Source: a virus. Taken from it: a DNA stretch of 64,000 nucleotides. Positions 29,023-37,962 of the stretch are shown here, piece after piece. Made by a program: the position numbers and the translations under genes. The stretch's first letter is position 1; the number at the start of each line of letters is the position of its first letter. The DNA lies in IMG/VR virus record IMGVR_UViG_2926584956_000001, positions 146 to 64,145 of that record; one strand, 5' to 3'. The notes under the pieces were generated by a model. That model was not told where the DNA came from, did not search any database, and worked only from the letters and a program-made list of their open reading frames with translations.

Positions 29023-31218
29023 GTGATCTTCGAGCGCATCCCTCTCAGCGGCGCATCGTCGGACAACGTCAACGACGTTTCCATCACACCAGATGGCACG
29101 CACCTTTCGACGGCGGTCAGCGTCACTTCGGCGGGGCAACACGTCCAGGCGTTCACCCTGTCCAACGCCGAGTTCAACCGGTCCCTTTCTTTCACCTCCT
29201 CCCTCTCTGGGGACTACGGCTACTCAGCTCGGATTCATCCCGGCGGAGATTTTCTGTACGCAGGCATCGGATCGAACCTCGTCATCTATGAGCGGGACGG
29301 CGGCACCTACTCCATCTTACGCTTCAACACCTCTGCCGCAGGTCTTCCCCGCAGGGTCGCTGTGAGCCCGGATGACCTCCATATTGCTGTCGCAACGAAC
29401 ACATCGGGCGGGGGCCTTTACCTACTTAAGAAGAACGGTAGCTCGTTCAGTCAAATCCCGATGTCTGCGGGTGATAAGCCCGGAACAACCGCCTACTACG
29501 TTGCCTATTCACCTGATGGTCAGTATCTGGCCGTCGGATACAATGGTGGCAGCAATCTCATTGTCTACCGCAGATCCGGGGACACCTATACGCGACTTCC
29601 CGCCCCTGACGTCGCCCCGACATCATACTGCCACCATCTGAACTGGTCCCCTGATAGCAGTCATCTGGCGGCCTCGTTCTCGGTTGATCCGGGCCTTCAC
29701 GTATATGAGGTGACCCCCTCGGCGGTCACCCTTGTCGCAGCACGCGATGTGAGCGGGTCACCGCCGAGGGTAGAAGCCAGTTTCTTCCTGTCGATCGACT
29801 CGCTCCTGGTCCTCTATGGCGGGGGTGATCCCAGTCCCCTATTCAACTTCGACGGTTCCACACTCTCATTCAATCAGGACGTCGATTTTGGTGGATACGA
29901 TGTTGGCCAAGGCCGGGCCGACATCACGGAAGATCGCAAGACAATCGCAATGGCGAACGGGTTTCCGACGGACTCTATCGCGGTCTTTCGAAGCCCGAAA
30001 TCCTCTGGTGCGCTCAGCTATCCAACATTCACCCTAGACGCAGAAGTCGACCTCCTTCCGATTGAGGTCTCCGGTGAGGTGACCTTCCCGTCGGCCGCGA
30101 CGAACTTCGCCCTGTCGACGGATCAAACCCCTCCTCCCATTCTTCCCCCGGTAGAGGTCCAGGCCGCCTATCTCACGGTCGAGTCCATGGGAATGAGCCT
30201 GGACCAGGGTCCCCCGGCGAATCCGTATCTGTACGCCTGGACGACGTTCCCCGCCCTGACGGCCGCGGCGGAAGCCAGACTTGGCAATAAGATCCAGAGC
30301 GAAGTCATCTTCCCGCGACTCCAGAGCGACGGCTCCCTCGAATGGGACCTCCTGCTGAGCGGTGGGGCTAGTCTCCCCCGCTTCAAAGCGGAGGGCGAGG
30401 CCGAGGCGCGCATCGTCACAGTTGATGCGAAAGTAACTTTCCCCGTCCTCTCGGCAGCCGGTGAGGCGCTGGTCCCGAACGGTGGTGCAGTCGAGCTTTC
30501 CTTCCCGACGTTTGAGGCAGATGGTGAGGTTGGCGTTCCGATCGTCATTGAAGGAGAAGGGGGCTTCCAGGCGTTCTCGGTCGAAGGCTCGGTGAACGTG
30601 CCTCTGGGGGCCTTCGTCGAACTCAATTTCCCCGGTTTGTCCGTCGGCAGTCTAGGGGGTTACCCCATTGAAGGTGCCGGGGCGCTCGATGCGCCTCCGT
30701 TCCACCTCCGGGGTGAGATCGAGGTTCACATCCCCGACGACTACACTGTCCGGTCGGCGGCGCGGTTCCCTCAATTCCAGATCCTCGGCGAGGGGCTTGC
30801 CCCCCCTGGCGGACCTGCGGAGATTCGCTTCCCCTTGTTCGCTGCTCAGGGGGAGGTGAATGTCCCGCTCGCTGCCATTGCCGCGGTCACATTGCCGACC
30901 TTCGGGTTCGACGCTTTCCTGTCTGTCCCCTATCGCATCGACGCGAATGGCCGCTTTCCCGCCCTGGTGATCGACGGCCTTGCTGGGCACCCCGTTCAAA
31001 TCATGGGGCCGATCTCGCTCCCAGCGTTCCGCGCATCGGGGAAGCTCAACTATCGCGATCACATCACCATGGACGCAACTTTCCCTGCATTCCGAGTTAG
31101 GGGGCGGGACTATCAATCACTCAGCCTCGGCGGGGTGGCCCTTGGGTTGACCGATCGCGGTGTCACCATTGGATCGGGCGTGACCCTCTGGGGCACCCCA
31201 AGTTTGAGGATTGGATAA
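29023..31218 (+). CDS. Beta-propeller protein with ~20-aa repeat C-terminal stalk (tail fibre candidate)
   Basis: N-term 'TPDGT', 'HPGGD', 'SPDDL', 'YSPDGQ', 'WSPDSS'; C-term recurrent 'FPxLxAxGE' units. Confidence 0.6.
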   Translation: MIFERIPLSGASSDNVNDVSITPDGTHLSTAVSVTSAGQHVQAFTLSNAEFNRSLSFTSSLSGDYGYSARIHPGGDFLYAGIGSNLVIYERDGGTYSILRFNTSAAGLPRRVAVSPDDLHIAVATNTSGGGLYLLKKNGSSFSQIPMSAGDKPGTTAYYVAYSPDGQYLAVGYNGGSNLIVYRRSGDTYTRLPAPDVAPTSYCHHLNWSPDSSHLAASFSVDPGLHVYEVTPSAVTLVAARDVSGSPPRVEASFFLSIDSLLVLYGGGDPSPLFNFDGSTLSFNQDVDFGGYDVGQGRADITEDRKTIAMANGFPTDSIAVFRSPKSSGALSYPTFTLDAEVDLLPIEVSGEVTFPSAATNFALSTDQTPPPILPPVEVQAAYLTVESMGMSLDQGPPANPYLYAWTTFPALTAAAEARLGNKIQSEVIFPRLQSDGSLEWDLLLSGGASLPRFKAEGEAEARIVTVDAKVTFPVLSAAGEALVPNGGAVELSFPTFEADGEVGVPIVIEGEGGFQAFSVEGSVNVPLGAFVELNFPGLSVGSLGGYPIEGAGALDAPPFHLRGEIEVHIPDDYTVRSAARFPQFQILGEGLAPPGGPAEIRFPLFAAQGEVNVPLAAIAAVTLPTFGFDAFLSVPYRIDANGRFPALVIDGLAGHPVQIMGPISLPAFRASGKLNYRDHITMDATFPAFRVRGRDYQSLSLGGVALGLTDRGVTIGSGVTLWGTPSLRIG

Positions 31219-31493
31219 TGGCAAGCACCGATCAGATCACATTGCGGAACACCGAATGGACCCGCGTCGGGCAAGGCGCCACCACGGTCGCAATCCAAAT
31301 GGTCAGCAACGGACAGATCCGTGTCCACGTCGGCGACTCAGAGCCCCAGCTCTCTGCCGCGGGTCTTATCATCGGGAGCGACGTCGACGAGTTGCCGCTG
31401 ACGTTTACCGCCTCGAACCTCCCCGAAAATGCCGGGGTTTGGGTGCGCGCCATGAGCGCGGACACCCTCGATATAACGGCATTGGCTTATTGA
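31218..31493 (+). CDS. Small hypothetical virion protein
   Basis: TAATG-coupled; 'ITLRNTEWTRV', 'VWVRA'. Confidence 0.55.
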   Translation: MASTDQITLRNTEWTRVGQGATTVAIQMVSNGQIRVHVGDSEPQLSAAGLIIGSDVDELPLTFTASNLPENAGVWVRAMSADTLDITALAY

Positions 31494-31549
31494 GGATTTT
31501 GCGACGGCAAGCCGTTGAAATCGGGGCTCTCCAGTAGTAGTGTGCAAAT

Positions 31550-31562
31550 CACTTTATAAGTG
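31550..31562. promoter_or_regulatory. Palindromic operator-like motif CACTTTATAAGTG
   Basis: Intergenic, upstream of endolysin. Confidence 0.6.
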
Positions 31563-31587
31563 TATTTCACTTCTGGAGAGCGGGAAA

Positions 31588-32439
31588 ATGACCCAGTCGA
31601 ACTTCTCGAATGCCCTCGCTAAGGTCCTCGTCCATGAGGGCGGCAAGGCAGACCACCCGAATGATCCCGGTGGCCGCACCAACCAGGGCATCACGCAGCG
31701 CACCTATGACGCCTATCGCTCGCGCTTGGGCCTCGGAAAACGGGATGTCTGGAACATCACCAACGGCGAGCGCGACGCCATCTACCGGCGCCAATACTGG
31801 AATGTCATTCACGGCGATGAGCTTCCGCCGGGCGTCGCCTACGTCGTCTTCGACGGCGCCGTGAACTCGGGACCGTCCCGCTCCGTGAAGTGGCTCCAGC
31901 GTGCCCTGGGATCGGCTTACACGGGTCGCGTGGATGGCCTCATTGGGATCATGACCATGGACGCCCTCCGGGCGGTCAATGATCACGACCTCCTCATTGT
32001 CAAGATCCTCCAGCTCCGCAGGGCCTTTCTGAAAGCCCTTTCGACCTGGAAATATTTCGGCCGCGGTTGGACCGCTCGCGTCAATGATGTGCGCGCAACC
32101 GGTCAGGCGTGGGCTCGGGGCTCGGTCGGCCCGGCCATCCACTGGCATGAGGGCGGCAGCGCCAAGGCCGAAATCGAAGACGCCAAGAAAGCACCGCCGA
32201 CGGGCGTCGCAGACGCGCTCATTGGCGGGGGCCTTGGTGCCGGTGGTGGCGCCCAAGCGATCGCGGAGGCCAAAACCACGCTTGTCCCCCTGGCGGGCGA
32301 CGGCGGCCTCGTGGACTCGATCCTGGTCGGCCTGACGATCGCGGGCATCGCATTCACCCTCGGCGGCATCGCCTATCGGATCTGGGCGAAGCGCAAGCAG
32401 GCGGCTCTTGAGGAGTCGCTCGATGTGGCGACGGCATGA
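31588..32439 (+). CDS. Endolysin, glycosyl hydrolase family 108, with hydrophobic C-terminal segments
   Basis: 'HEGGKADHPNDPGGRTNQGIT', 'FDGAVNSG', 'FGRGWTARV'; C-term 'ILVGLTIAGIAFTLGGIAY'. Confidence 0.9.
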   Translation: MTQSNFSNALAKVLVHEGGKADHPNDPGGRTNQGITQRTYDAYRSRLGLGKRDVWNITNGERDAIYRRQYWNVIHGDELPPGVAYVVFDGAVNSGPSRSVKWLQRALGSAYTGRVDGLIGIMTMDALRAVNDHDLLIVKILQLRRAFLKALSTWKYFGRGWTARVNDVRATGQAWARGSVGPAIHWHEGGSAKAEIEDAKKAPPTGVADALIGGGLGAGGGAQAIAEAKTTLVPLAGDGGLVDSILVGLTIAGIAFTLGGIAYRIWAKRKQAALEESLDVATA

Positions 32440-32732
32440 CCGATTGGTTCAACAACTCGATCCCCTGGTGGACCCTGGCAATTGGCGGCGGAGCCCTCAC
32501 CGTCGTCGCCTGGGTCTACCTAGGGCGTAAAGCGGCGACTGCATTAGCAGTCGCCGTCTTTCTAGCGGTCGTCGATCGCCGAGCCCGGCAGGCTGGCTGG
32601 GAAGCCCGGGACGACCTTCAAAAGCGACGGGAAGAGGATTTCGTCGATGACTATCGCGACCACGAGAAGCGTTCCCGCGCTCGTTCTGAGTCTGAGCTTG
32701 ATCGCCGCAACAATCGCTGGCTGCGCGACTGA
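32436..32732 (+). CDS. Inner-membrane spanin (Rz-like) candidate
   Basis: N-terminal hydrophobic helices, charged helical C-term; overlaps a lipoprotein ORF. Confidence 0.6.
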   Translation: MTDWFNNSIPWWTLAIGGGALTVVAWVYLGRKAATALAVAVFLAVVDRRARQAGWEARDDLQKRREEDFVDDYRDHEKRSRARSESELDRRNNRWLRD

Positions 32733-32892
32733 TCCCGATGCGGGCTCCAACGCGTGGTGCCAGACAAACCAGCCCATGCGGCCGACGGCGGCCGAGTACG
32801 GGGCGTTCAGCCTAGCTCGAAAGATCGAGATGGATTCCCACAACAGCTTTGGCACCAAATGGTGTGGCTGGTCTCCGAAAGGAGGGTACTGA
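32647..32892 (+). CDS. Outer-membrane spanin lipoprotein (Rz1-like) candidate
   Basis: Signal peptide with lipobox 'LIAATIAG-C'; overlaps the 3' end of the i-spanin candidate in another frame. Confidence 0.65.
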   Translation: MTIATTRSVPALVLSLSLIAATIAGCATDPDAGSNAWCQTNQPMRPTAAEYGAFSLARKIEMDSHNSFGTKWCGWSPKGGY

Positions 32893-33278
32893 TGAGCCCA
32901 ACGAGTGGGAGCCCACTACCGCCCTCTGAGGTCGCCCGGCTCTACGAGGCAGTGGGGCGATTGACGGCAAGCGTCGAAGCCACGCGGGCCGATGTCAAGC
33001 GGATGGAGGAGAGGTCAAACGCGGGTCTCAGCCGGGTTTACGAGCGCCTGGACACTTCCGCGAGACGAATGGCGGAGGTCGAGGCGTCGCTCAAATCCCT
33101 GGACACCTCCTACGAGGAAGACGTGAAGCCGACCATCGAATTCGTCCGGTCGCTTCGCCAGCGCGGCGTTGGGTTTCTCGCCGCGGCTGGCATTGCGGGT
33201 ACAGGCATCGGGTCAGTCGCAGCCACGACCCTGTACATTTACTGGGATAAGATGATCAAGTTCTTGCAGAACCTCTGA
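32892..33278 (+). CDS. Coiled-coil protein with C-terminal TM helix (DUF1515-like, possible holin)
   Basis: TGATG coupling; 'AVGRLTASVE', C-term 'VGFLAAAGIAGTGIG'. Confidence 0.55.
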   Translation: MSPTSGSPLPPSEVARLYEAVGRLTASVEATRADVKRMEERSNAGLSRVYERLDTSARRMAEVEASLKSLDTSYEEDVKPTIEFVRSLRQRGVGFLAAAGIAGTGIGSVAATTLYIYWDKMIKFLQNL

Positions 33279-33591
33279 TCGACATCCGGGAGATTTCAGT
33301 GATGAAGCCGACCCCGGCACCACTGGCTTCTCCCTCGATAGCCTCCCGATGCATCATGTCACGCAGGATCTTCCCGAGCAGTCCCGGGTCGTCGCGATCT
33401 CGCACCTCGCGAACGGCCAACCGGGCGTACTCGGCACCGCGCTTAACATCGCGGCTCCAGTCATCGCTCCCCTCGACCGACCAGTAGGGGAACCCACCAC
33501 CTGCGTCGATGAAGGGAAGGTTGGGCAAGTCTCGGCCGGTTTCCACGTTCGTTTCAAAATACATACGCGACTCCCTTGGGCGCTTACTCAT
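33256..33591 (-). CDS. Hypothetical protein
   Basis: ATGA overlap with the methyltransferase stop. Confidence 0.6.
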   Translation of the reverse strand: MSKRPRESRMYFETNVETGRDLPNLPFIDAGGGFPYWSVEGSDDWSRDVKRGAEYARLAVREVRDRDDPGLLGKILRDMMHREAIEGEASGAGVGFITEISRMSIRGSART

Positions 33592-34589
33592 TTGCGCCCC
33601 AACAATTCAAGATAGACGTCGGCCCCATCCCTCAGATTCAGACGCGACATCATCCCATCGACGTATTCATCCTCTTGTTCAATGAGGATGCAATCTACGC
33701 CCTCTTGGCGTGCCGCTTCTCCGGTTGTGCCCGACCCCGCGAAGGGATCGAGGACGATCCCACCCGGTGGCGTGACATGGCGAATAAGCGATCGAATGAG
33801 GGCAACTGGCTTGACGGTTGGGTGTGTAGACCCGGATCGATCCTCCTTGTTTGCCTTCCTGTGGTAGATGACGGGATCGGGAAACGGGTTGGCATAGCTC
33901 TCAAAGAACTCACCCGCCCCCTCCGGCAATAGAGCCAGGGCTTCCCGAGAACCGTCGTGGATGAAATTTGCCGGCCAACGTCCCGACGCAGGTCTACACC
34001 CCTCGATATTCACAGGGCCTACACCGTGCTTCAGGATGTTCTCGCGGGCGTTCTTCTCCGAGAACGGCTTCTGCGCGATATAGATGGGCTCCACGGCAAC
34101 CTTCCGACTGGCCGTCCCGTAGTACCACCCACCCCAATTGTTGGCCTGCTCATTGGCCCCGAGTGCGCGCACAGCACACTTTGCTTTCGTCATGCCGGTC
34201 CCGTAGACCCAGCAGATAAACGGGTGCATGACGAAACCGGCTTGTTCCATCGCAGCCGCCTGGAGATGCCCAGTCCGAGCTGACGAAAAGGCGGCAACAT
34301 ACCCCCCAGGTAGTATTATCTCCGCCAACAAAGCCCAGAATTGCGCATCTTGGGCGATTAGGCTTCCACTTTCACCACTGTCCCAAGATTTACCAACGAA
34401 ACGATCTGATTGCCGGGAGAAACGACCGTCCCTTCCGACCTTTGCTTTCTTTGAACTTTGTTTACCAAAGCGCCTCACAACCGAAAGAAGATGGTATGGA
34501 GGATCAGTGACGACTGCGTGAACCTGTATACAATCTTTTGCCAGTTGCTCAATAACTTTTCTTGAGTCACCCCGATGTAGCTCGATCAC
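33588..34589 (-). CDS. Solitary DNA amino-methyltransferase (N4-C/N6-A, beta-type motif order)
   Basis: Motif IV 'VTDPPY' near N-term; 'HPTVKP'; motif I 'LDPFAGSGTTG' near C-term; GTG start. Confidence 0.9.
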   Translation of the reverse strand: MIELHRGDSRKVIEQLAKDCIQVHAVVTDPPYHLLSVVRRFGKQSSKKAKVGRDGRFSRQSDRFVGKSWDSGESGSLIAQDAQFWALLAEIILPGGYVAAFSSARTGHLQAAAMEQAGFVMHPFICWVYGTGMTKAKCAVRALGANEQANNWGGWYYGTASRKVAVEPIYIAQKPFSEKNARENILKHGVGPVNIEGCRPASGRWPANFIHDGSREALALLPEGAGEFFESYANPFPDPVIYHRKANKEDRSGSTHPTVKPVALIRSLIRHVTPPGGIVLDPFAGSGTTGEAARQEGVDCILIEQEDEYVDGMMSRLNLRDGADVYLELLGRK

Positions 34590-34653
34590 TAAAAAGCTCC
34601 TGATACTTCAGACGCCGACGGGCTGAATTCTGATCAGCGCTCGAACCAACGCG

Positions 34654-34869
34654 TTAGAGGATGTCATCGTCGGACAACCTCGCCTTCGGGGCGGACTGTG
34701 ACCGGTACGCCAACGCCTCGCTGATCGCATCAACAGGGTCTTTGGACACCCCAGACTTCAGAGGCCCATGACCTGAGACCTCGCGGAATCGAGCCTCGAA
34801 GAGGCCGCGCGCGTTCGCCCAGAGCGTCAAGTGATTGAGTTCACCCGCCCTGGCGAGTCTCCTCAACAT
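34654..34869 (-). CDS. Hypothetical protein
   Basis: Part of the coupled leftward gene run; start uncertain. Confidence 0.5.
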   Translation of the reverse strand: MLRRLARAGELNHLTLWANARGLFEARFREVSGHGPLKSGVSKDPVDAISEALAYRSQSAPKARLSDDDIL

Positions 34870-35146
34870 CGCTTCGAGGCGCCCAGCCTCCGAGGTCTTT
34901 CTCGACCGACTCGAGCTTCTTGGCGGCATCGCTCATCTCCTCGTGAATTTGCTCGCGGAGCATGGCTTTGAGCGCCGCCCGTCGTTCCGGGTCCAACCGA
35001 CCCTCAAAATACTGCCCCTGAACGATCGCATCGAACCGGCCGTTGTTGATGGCCTTCAGCTTGGTCTGAAGCTCGACCATCTGATCGATCGCGTTGCGCG
35101 CCGTGAGAAACGCCCCCAGCCGTTCGCCATCAGACAACGTCGTCAT
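34841..35146 (-). CDS. Hypothetical protein
   Basis: Part of the coupled leftward gene run. Confidence 0.5.
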   Translation of the reverse strand: MTTLSDGERLGAFLTARNAIDQMVELQTKLKAINNGRFDAIVQGQYFEGRLDPERRAALKAMLREQIHEEMSDAAKKLESVEKDLGGWAPRSDVEETRQGG

Positions 35147-35351
35147 CCTCACCGTTCTCCTTTCTCGGCAAGCTCCTCAGGGCTTTTTCCATCGCCTCGA
35201 TCGGGTCGCGCCCCTCGTTGTAGCGCGCTGCGTATTCGCCCTGGACGAGGCAACCAACCTGCCAAGCGTCCCCGTCCGGAGCCCTGGCAATCGATATGCT
35301 TCGCAGCCCGCGGTGACGCTCTGCCCAGCGGATGAGGAAATCGAGCTTCAT
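35130..35351 (-). CDS. Hypothetical protein
   Basis: ATGA overlap with the upstream gene. Confidence 0.55.
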   Translation of the reverse strand: MKLDFLIRWAERHRGLRSISIARAPDGDAWQVGCLVQGEYAARYNEGRDPIEAMEKALRSLPRKENGEDDDVV

Positions 35352-35689
35352 TCCGCGCCCCAACCAGGCAAGCTCCGGTACTCGACTGGCCTACCCTCAC
35401 TGACCGCATTGGCGATCCCCGCTGACATCCCCTCGGACACTCCCAGGTCCGCGTAGACAACGGTTGCATCAGCCAACCTGCCCCACTCGAACCCGGCCAT
35501 GATGCCCTTGTGGCGCTCGGCGGGGATAAGATCGTTGAGGACGCCGGGTTGCGTGTAGAGCGCATGGGAGGCGAAGGGCGCCTCGTCCCGCGACAGACAG
35601 TCGGCCATGGCGGCGCGGAGGTACGCCATATTTCGCTTTCGCTGCGCGGCGCCACCGGCAAATGGGCTCTCGATCACGACGCGCTTCAT
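35348..35689 (-). CDS. Nucleoside 2-deoxyribosyltransferase-like fold protein (DUF4406/DUF7768-type)
   Basis: 'RVVIESPFAG', 'EAPFASHALYTQ', 'ADATVVYADLGVSEGM'. Confidence 0.7.
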   Translation of the reverse strand: MKRVVIESPFAGGAAQRKRNMAYLRAAMADCLSRDEAPFASHALYTQPGVLNDLIPAERHKGIMAGFEWGRLADATVVYADLGVSEGMSAGIANAVSEGRPVEYRSLPGWGAE

Positions 35690-35883
35690 CAGAAGATGCC
35701 CCTGTCCCGAAGCCACCAGTCCGCCACAACAAGATCGGAGTCCCCCTCCTCGATCGACTGGCCGTCGAGGCACACCGACCGGGGGACCCAGAACTCTTCG
35801 TCCTGATGATCGACCAGGACGGCGTCATCTGTGGTCATGGTGACTTCGCAGTAGATCGTTCGCTGACCTGCCGTGCGCCCCAT
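35689..35883 (-). CDS. Hypothetical small protein
   Basis: 'EFWVPRSVC', 'VADWWLRDRGI'; TGATG-coupled. Confidence 0.65.
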   Translation of the reverse strand: MGRTAGQRTIYCEVTMTTDDAVLVDHQDEEFWVPRSVCLDGQSIEEGDSDLVVADWWLRDRGIF

Positions 35884-35885
35884 TG

Positions 35886-36185
35886 TCAGATCATCCCGAG
35901 CGCGTGGAGATAAAGGTCGAGAAGGGCTTCCTCCTCCTGGCGCTCCTCTTTTTCCTTCTTCCGAAGGGCGACCACCTTCCGCATCGTCTTCGTGTCGTAG
36001 CCGTTCGCCTTGGCTTCGGCGTAAACGTCCTTGATGTCGTCGGAGATGGTCTTCTTCTCCTCCTCCAGGTTCTCGATGCGCTCGACGAACTGGCGGAGTT
36101 GATCAGCGGCGACGCCGCCGGCATTCGAGCCGCCGGAGAGGTCGTCCCCGCCAACGACATCATCGTCATCGTAGTTCTTCGCCAT
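35886..36185 (-). CDS. gapR: GapR / DUF2312 (UPF0335) nucleoid-associated protein homolog
   Basis: '[63 protein letters not shown]'. Confidence 0.92.
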   Translation of the reverse strand: MAKNYDDDDVVGGDDLSGGSNAGGVAADQLRQFVERIENLEEEKKTISDDIKDVYAEAKANGYDTKTMRKVVALRKKEKEERQEEEALLDLYLHALGMI

Positions 36186-36197
36186 AGGTGTTTCTCA

Positions 36198-36692
36198 CTA
36201 AAAAAGTGCCTGTTGGTCGTCAGGAAACCGGTTCCGGACATAGATCCGGAGCGTCGTGATAAAGTAGTCGGCGGAGATGCGACCCTGGTGCCACTCGTCG
36301 AGGGCGTAGAGGACGTGGTCGTCATACTCGGGAATGTGGTTGACCTGGATGAACTCTGACATCGGGATCGGCGTGGCGTCCGATGCGTCCGGGCCGGTCC
36401 ACTTGAGCTTCAGAGCCCAGGCCCAGTTCAGGAAGCCGTTGGCCTTCCGAACTGCGAGGCGTTTCGGCTTGGCTTTCAACACATCCCGGCGAAGCTCGGC
36501 GTGATGCAGGGCTTTCTCAAGATCCGACTTCCCGCCTTTGAACGGGGCTCGAATGACGTATTCGAGGATGTTGCCCAGGAAGAAGTCGTATCCATTCGCG
36601 GCGATTACTTCGACCGGTTGGATGGGAAATCTCTTGTAGTGACCGCCGGATACCTGCCGGTCGAGTGCGTTCGTCTTCTGGTTTGTCACGCC
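36198..36692 (-). CDS. DUF3310 (SaV-like) domain protein
   Basis: 'QVSGGHYKRFPIQPVEVI..FFLGNILEYVIRA..KGGKSDLEKALH'; start uncertain. Confidence 0.75.
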   Translation of the reverse strand, partial: GVTNQKTNALDRQVSGGHYKRFPIQPVEVIAANGYDFFLGNILEYVIRAPFKGGKSDLEKALHHAELRRDVLKAKPKRLAVRKANGFLNWAWALKLKWTGPDASDATPIPMSEFIQVNHIPEYDDHVLYALDEWHQGRISADYFITTLRIYVRNRFPDDQQALF

Positions 36693-36922
36693 AATCCTCG
36701 CAGCGAAAAATGCTCGATTGTCACCTTGGGATCGGCGGCATGCCGCCAAGTCCCGTCCTTCCCCAGAAGGAAAGTCCCGACTGATGTCGCCATCACCTTC
36801 GCGTCCCCGCTAGGCGCCCCACCCACAACTTGAACAATCTTGTCGAACCAACCATGGGCTCGGGGTGCGCTGAGCTTCACCTTGATCATGACAACCTCAC
36901 CCAAGGGGCACCTGTCAGTACC
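36686..36922 (-). CDS. Hypothetical small protein
   Basis: Fills a gap in the leftward run, preceded by the operator motif at 36927-36939; start uncertain. Confidence 0.35.
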   Translation of the reverse strand, partial: GTDRCPLGEVVMIKVKLSAPRAHGWFDKIVQVVGGAPSGDAKVMATSVGTFLLGKDGTWRHAADPKVTIEHFSLRGLA

Positions 36923-36943
36923 ATAGCACCTAATATGTGCCAA

Positions 36944-37897
36944 TCAACAAACGTCTTCGTCCTCGATTTCAGTCGAAGGAGCAGGGGGAGCGCCCAGGTG
37001 AGCCGGCAGATCGAAGGGGAGGTCCAGGAGCCCGGCGATCGCCTCGTAGTCCTCGACGGGGATGCGAACCCACCCATCGTGGTCGGACTTCATGCGCTTA
37101 AAACAGCGTTGCAGCTCTTCAACGCGCGCGCTGGTTTTCTCTGCCTTCGTTGGGGCCTTGGGAGCCTTCGGGCTCGGCGCAGGCAAGTCACCTTCACCAC
37201 CTCCCCCTTCATCGGAACCCCTGGGCTCTTTGGCGCTGCGAACATGCTTCGCTGTCGCACGTTCTTTTCCGGCTTCGTTCGCCGCCGCGACGGCATCACG
37301 CAGCACCTTCAGAGCCGCGTCCTCATCACCTCCGCAGCCCTGAACCGTCTCGATTGCCAGGGTGGCGGAGATGCGGCCCTTCCGAACCAGATCCTTGATC
37401 TCGTCGCGCATGTCAGCGAGACCGACCAACTGCGCAACGTACACCCGACTGACCCCGGTCTGCCGTGCGATCTCCGAGTCGCTCAGGCCCAGTTCCTTGA
37501 GCCGCTTGTATACAGTCGCCGTCTCCAACGGCGAGAAGGGCTTCCCCGAGTTGCGGACGATCTGGGAAAGGACGCGATCGGCGTCCGACGCTTCCTTATC
37601 GCTCATCCGGACGCTGAGGAGCATGTCCGGGTCTGCCTCGTACTCCTCGATCGCCCGAAGTGCACCGCGGAAGCGCGACTCGCCGTCTTCGATGTAAAGC
37701 TTCCCGCCCTCCAGATAAGCGGTCAGAGGCTGTTTGACGCCGACGGCCGCGATCGACTGGGCGAGCTTGTCGACGTGTTCCTTGTTCTCCGGGTCGTCAA
37801 AGTCCCGGCTGTTCCAGCCTTCCTTGATGTGGAGGTCCGAGGTGTGAACCCGAAAAAGGTCACTCCGCCCCTTCGCAATATCTTTGATTCCAGCCAT
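36944..37897 (-). CDS. ParB/Srx-like N-terminal domain protein with HTH
   Basis: 'WNSRDF..LAQSIAAVGVKQPL..IEDGESRFRGA', 'PFSPLETATVYKRL..SEIARQTG'. Confidence 0.8.
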   Translation of the reverse strand: MAGIKDIAKGRSDLFRVHTSDLHIKEGWNSRDFDDPENKEHVDKLAQSIAAVGVKQPLTAYLEGGKLYIEDGESRFRGALRAIEEYEADPDMLLSVRMSDKEASDADRVLSQIVRNSGKPFSPLETATVYKRLKELGLSDSEIARQTGVSRVYVAQLVGLADMRDEIKDLVRKGRISATLAIETVQGCGGDEDAALKVLRDAVAAANEAGKERATAKHVRSAKEPRGSDEGGGGEGDLPAPSPKAPKAPTKAEKTSARVEELQRCFKRMKSDHDGWVRIPVEDYEAIAGLLDLPFDLPAHLGAPPAPSTEIEDEDVC

Positions 37898-37962
37898 TGG
37901 TGTCTCCCTTTCCGATAGCGAACAATTACTCTCTAAAATGTGTGAAAGCAATTAGAAAGTGA

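Noticed and set aside
23966-31218. Diversity-generating retroelement or invertible tail-fibre cassette
   Set aside because: No reverse transcriptase, invertase, template/variable repeat pair or inverted recombination sites seen
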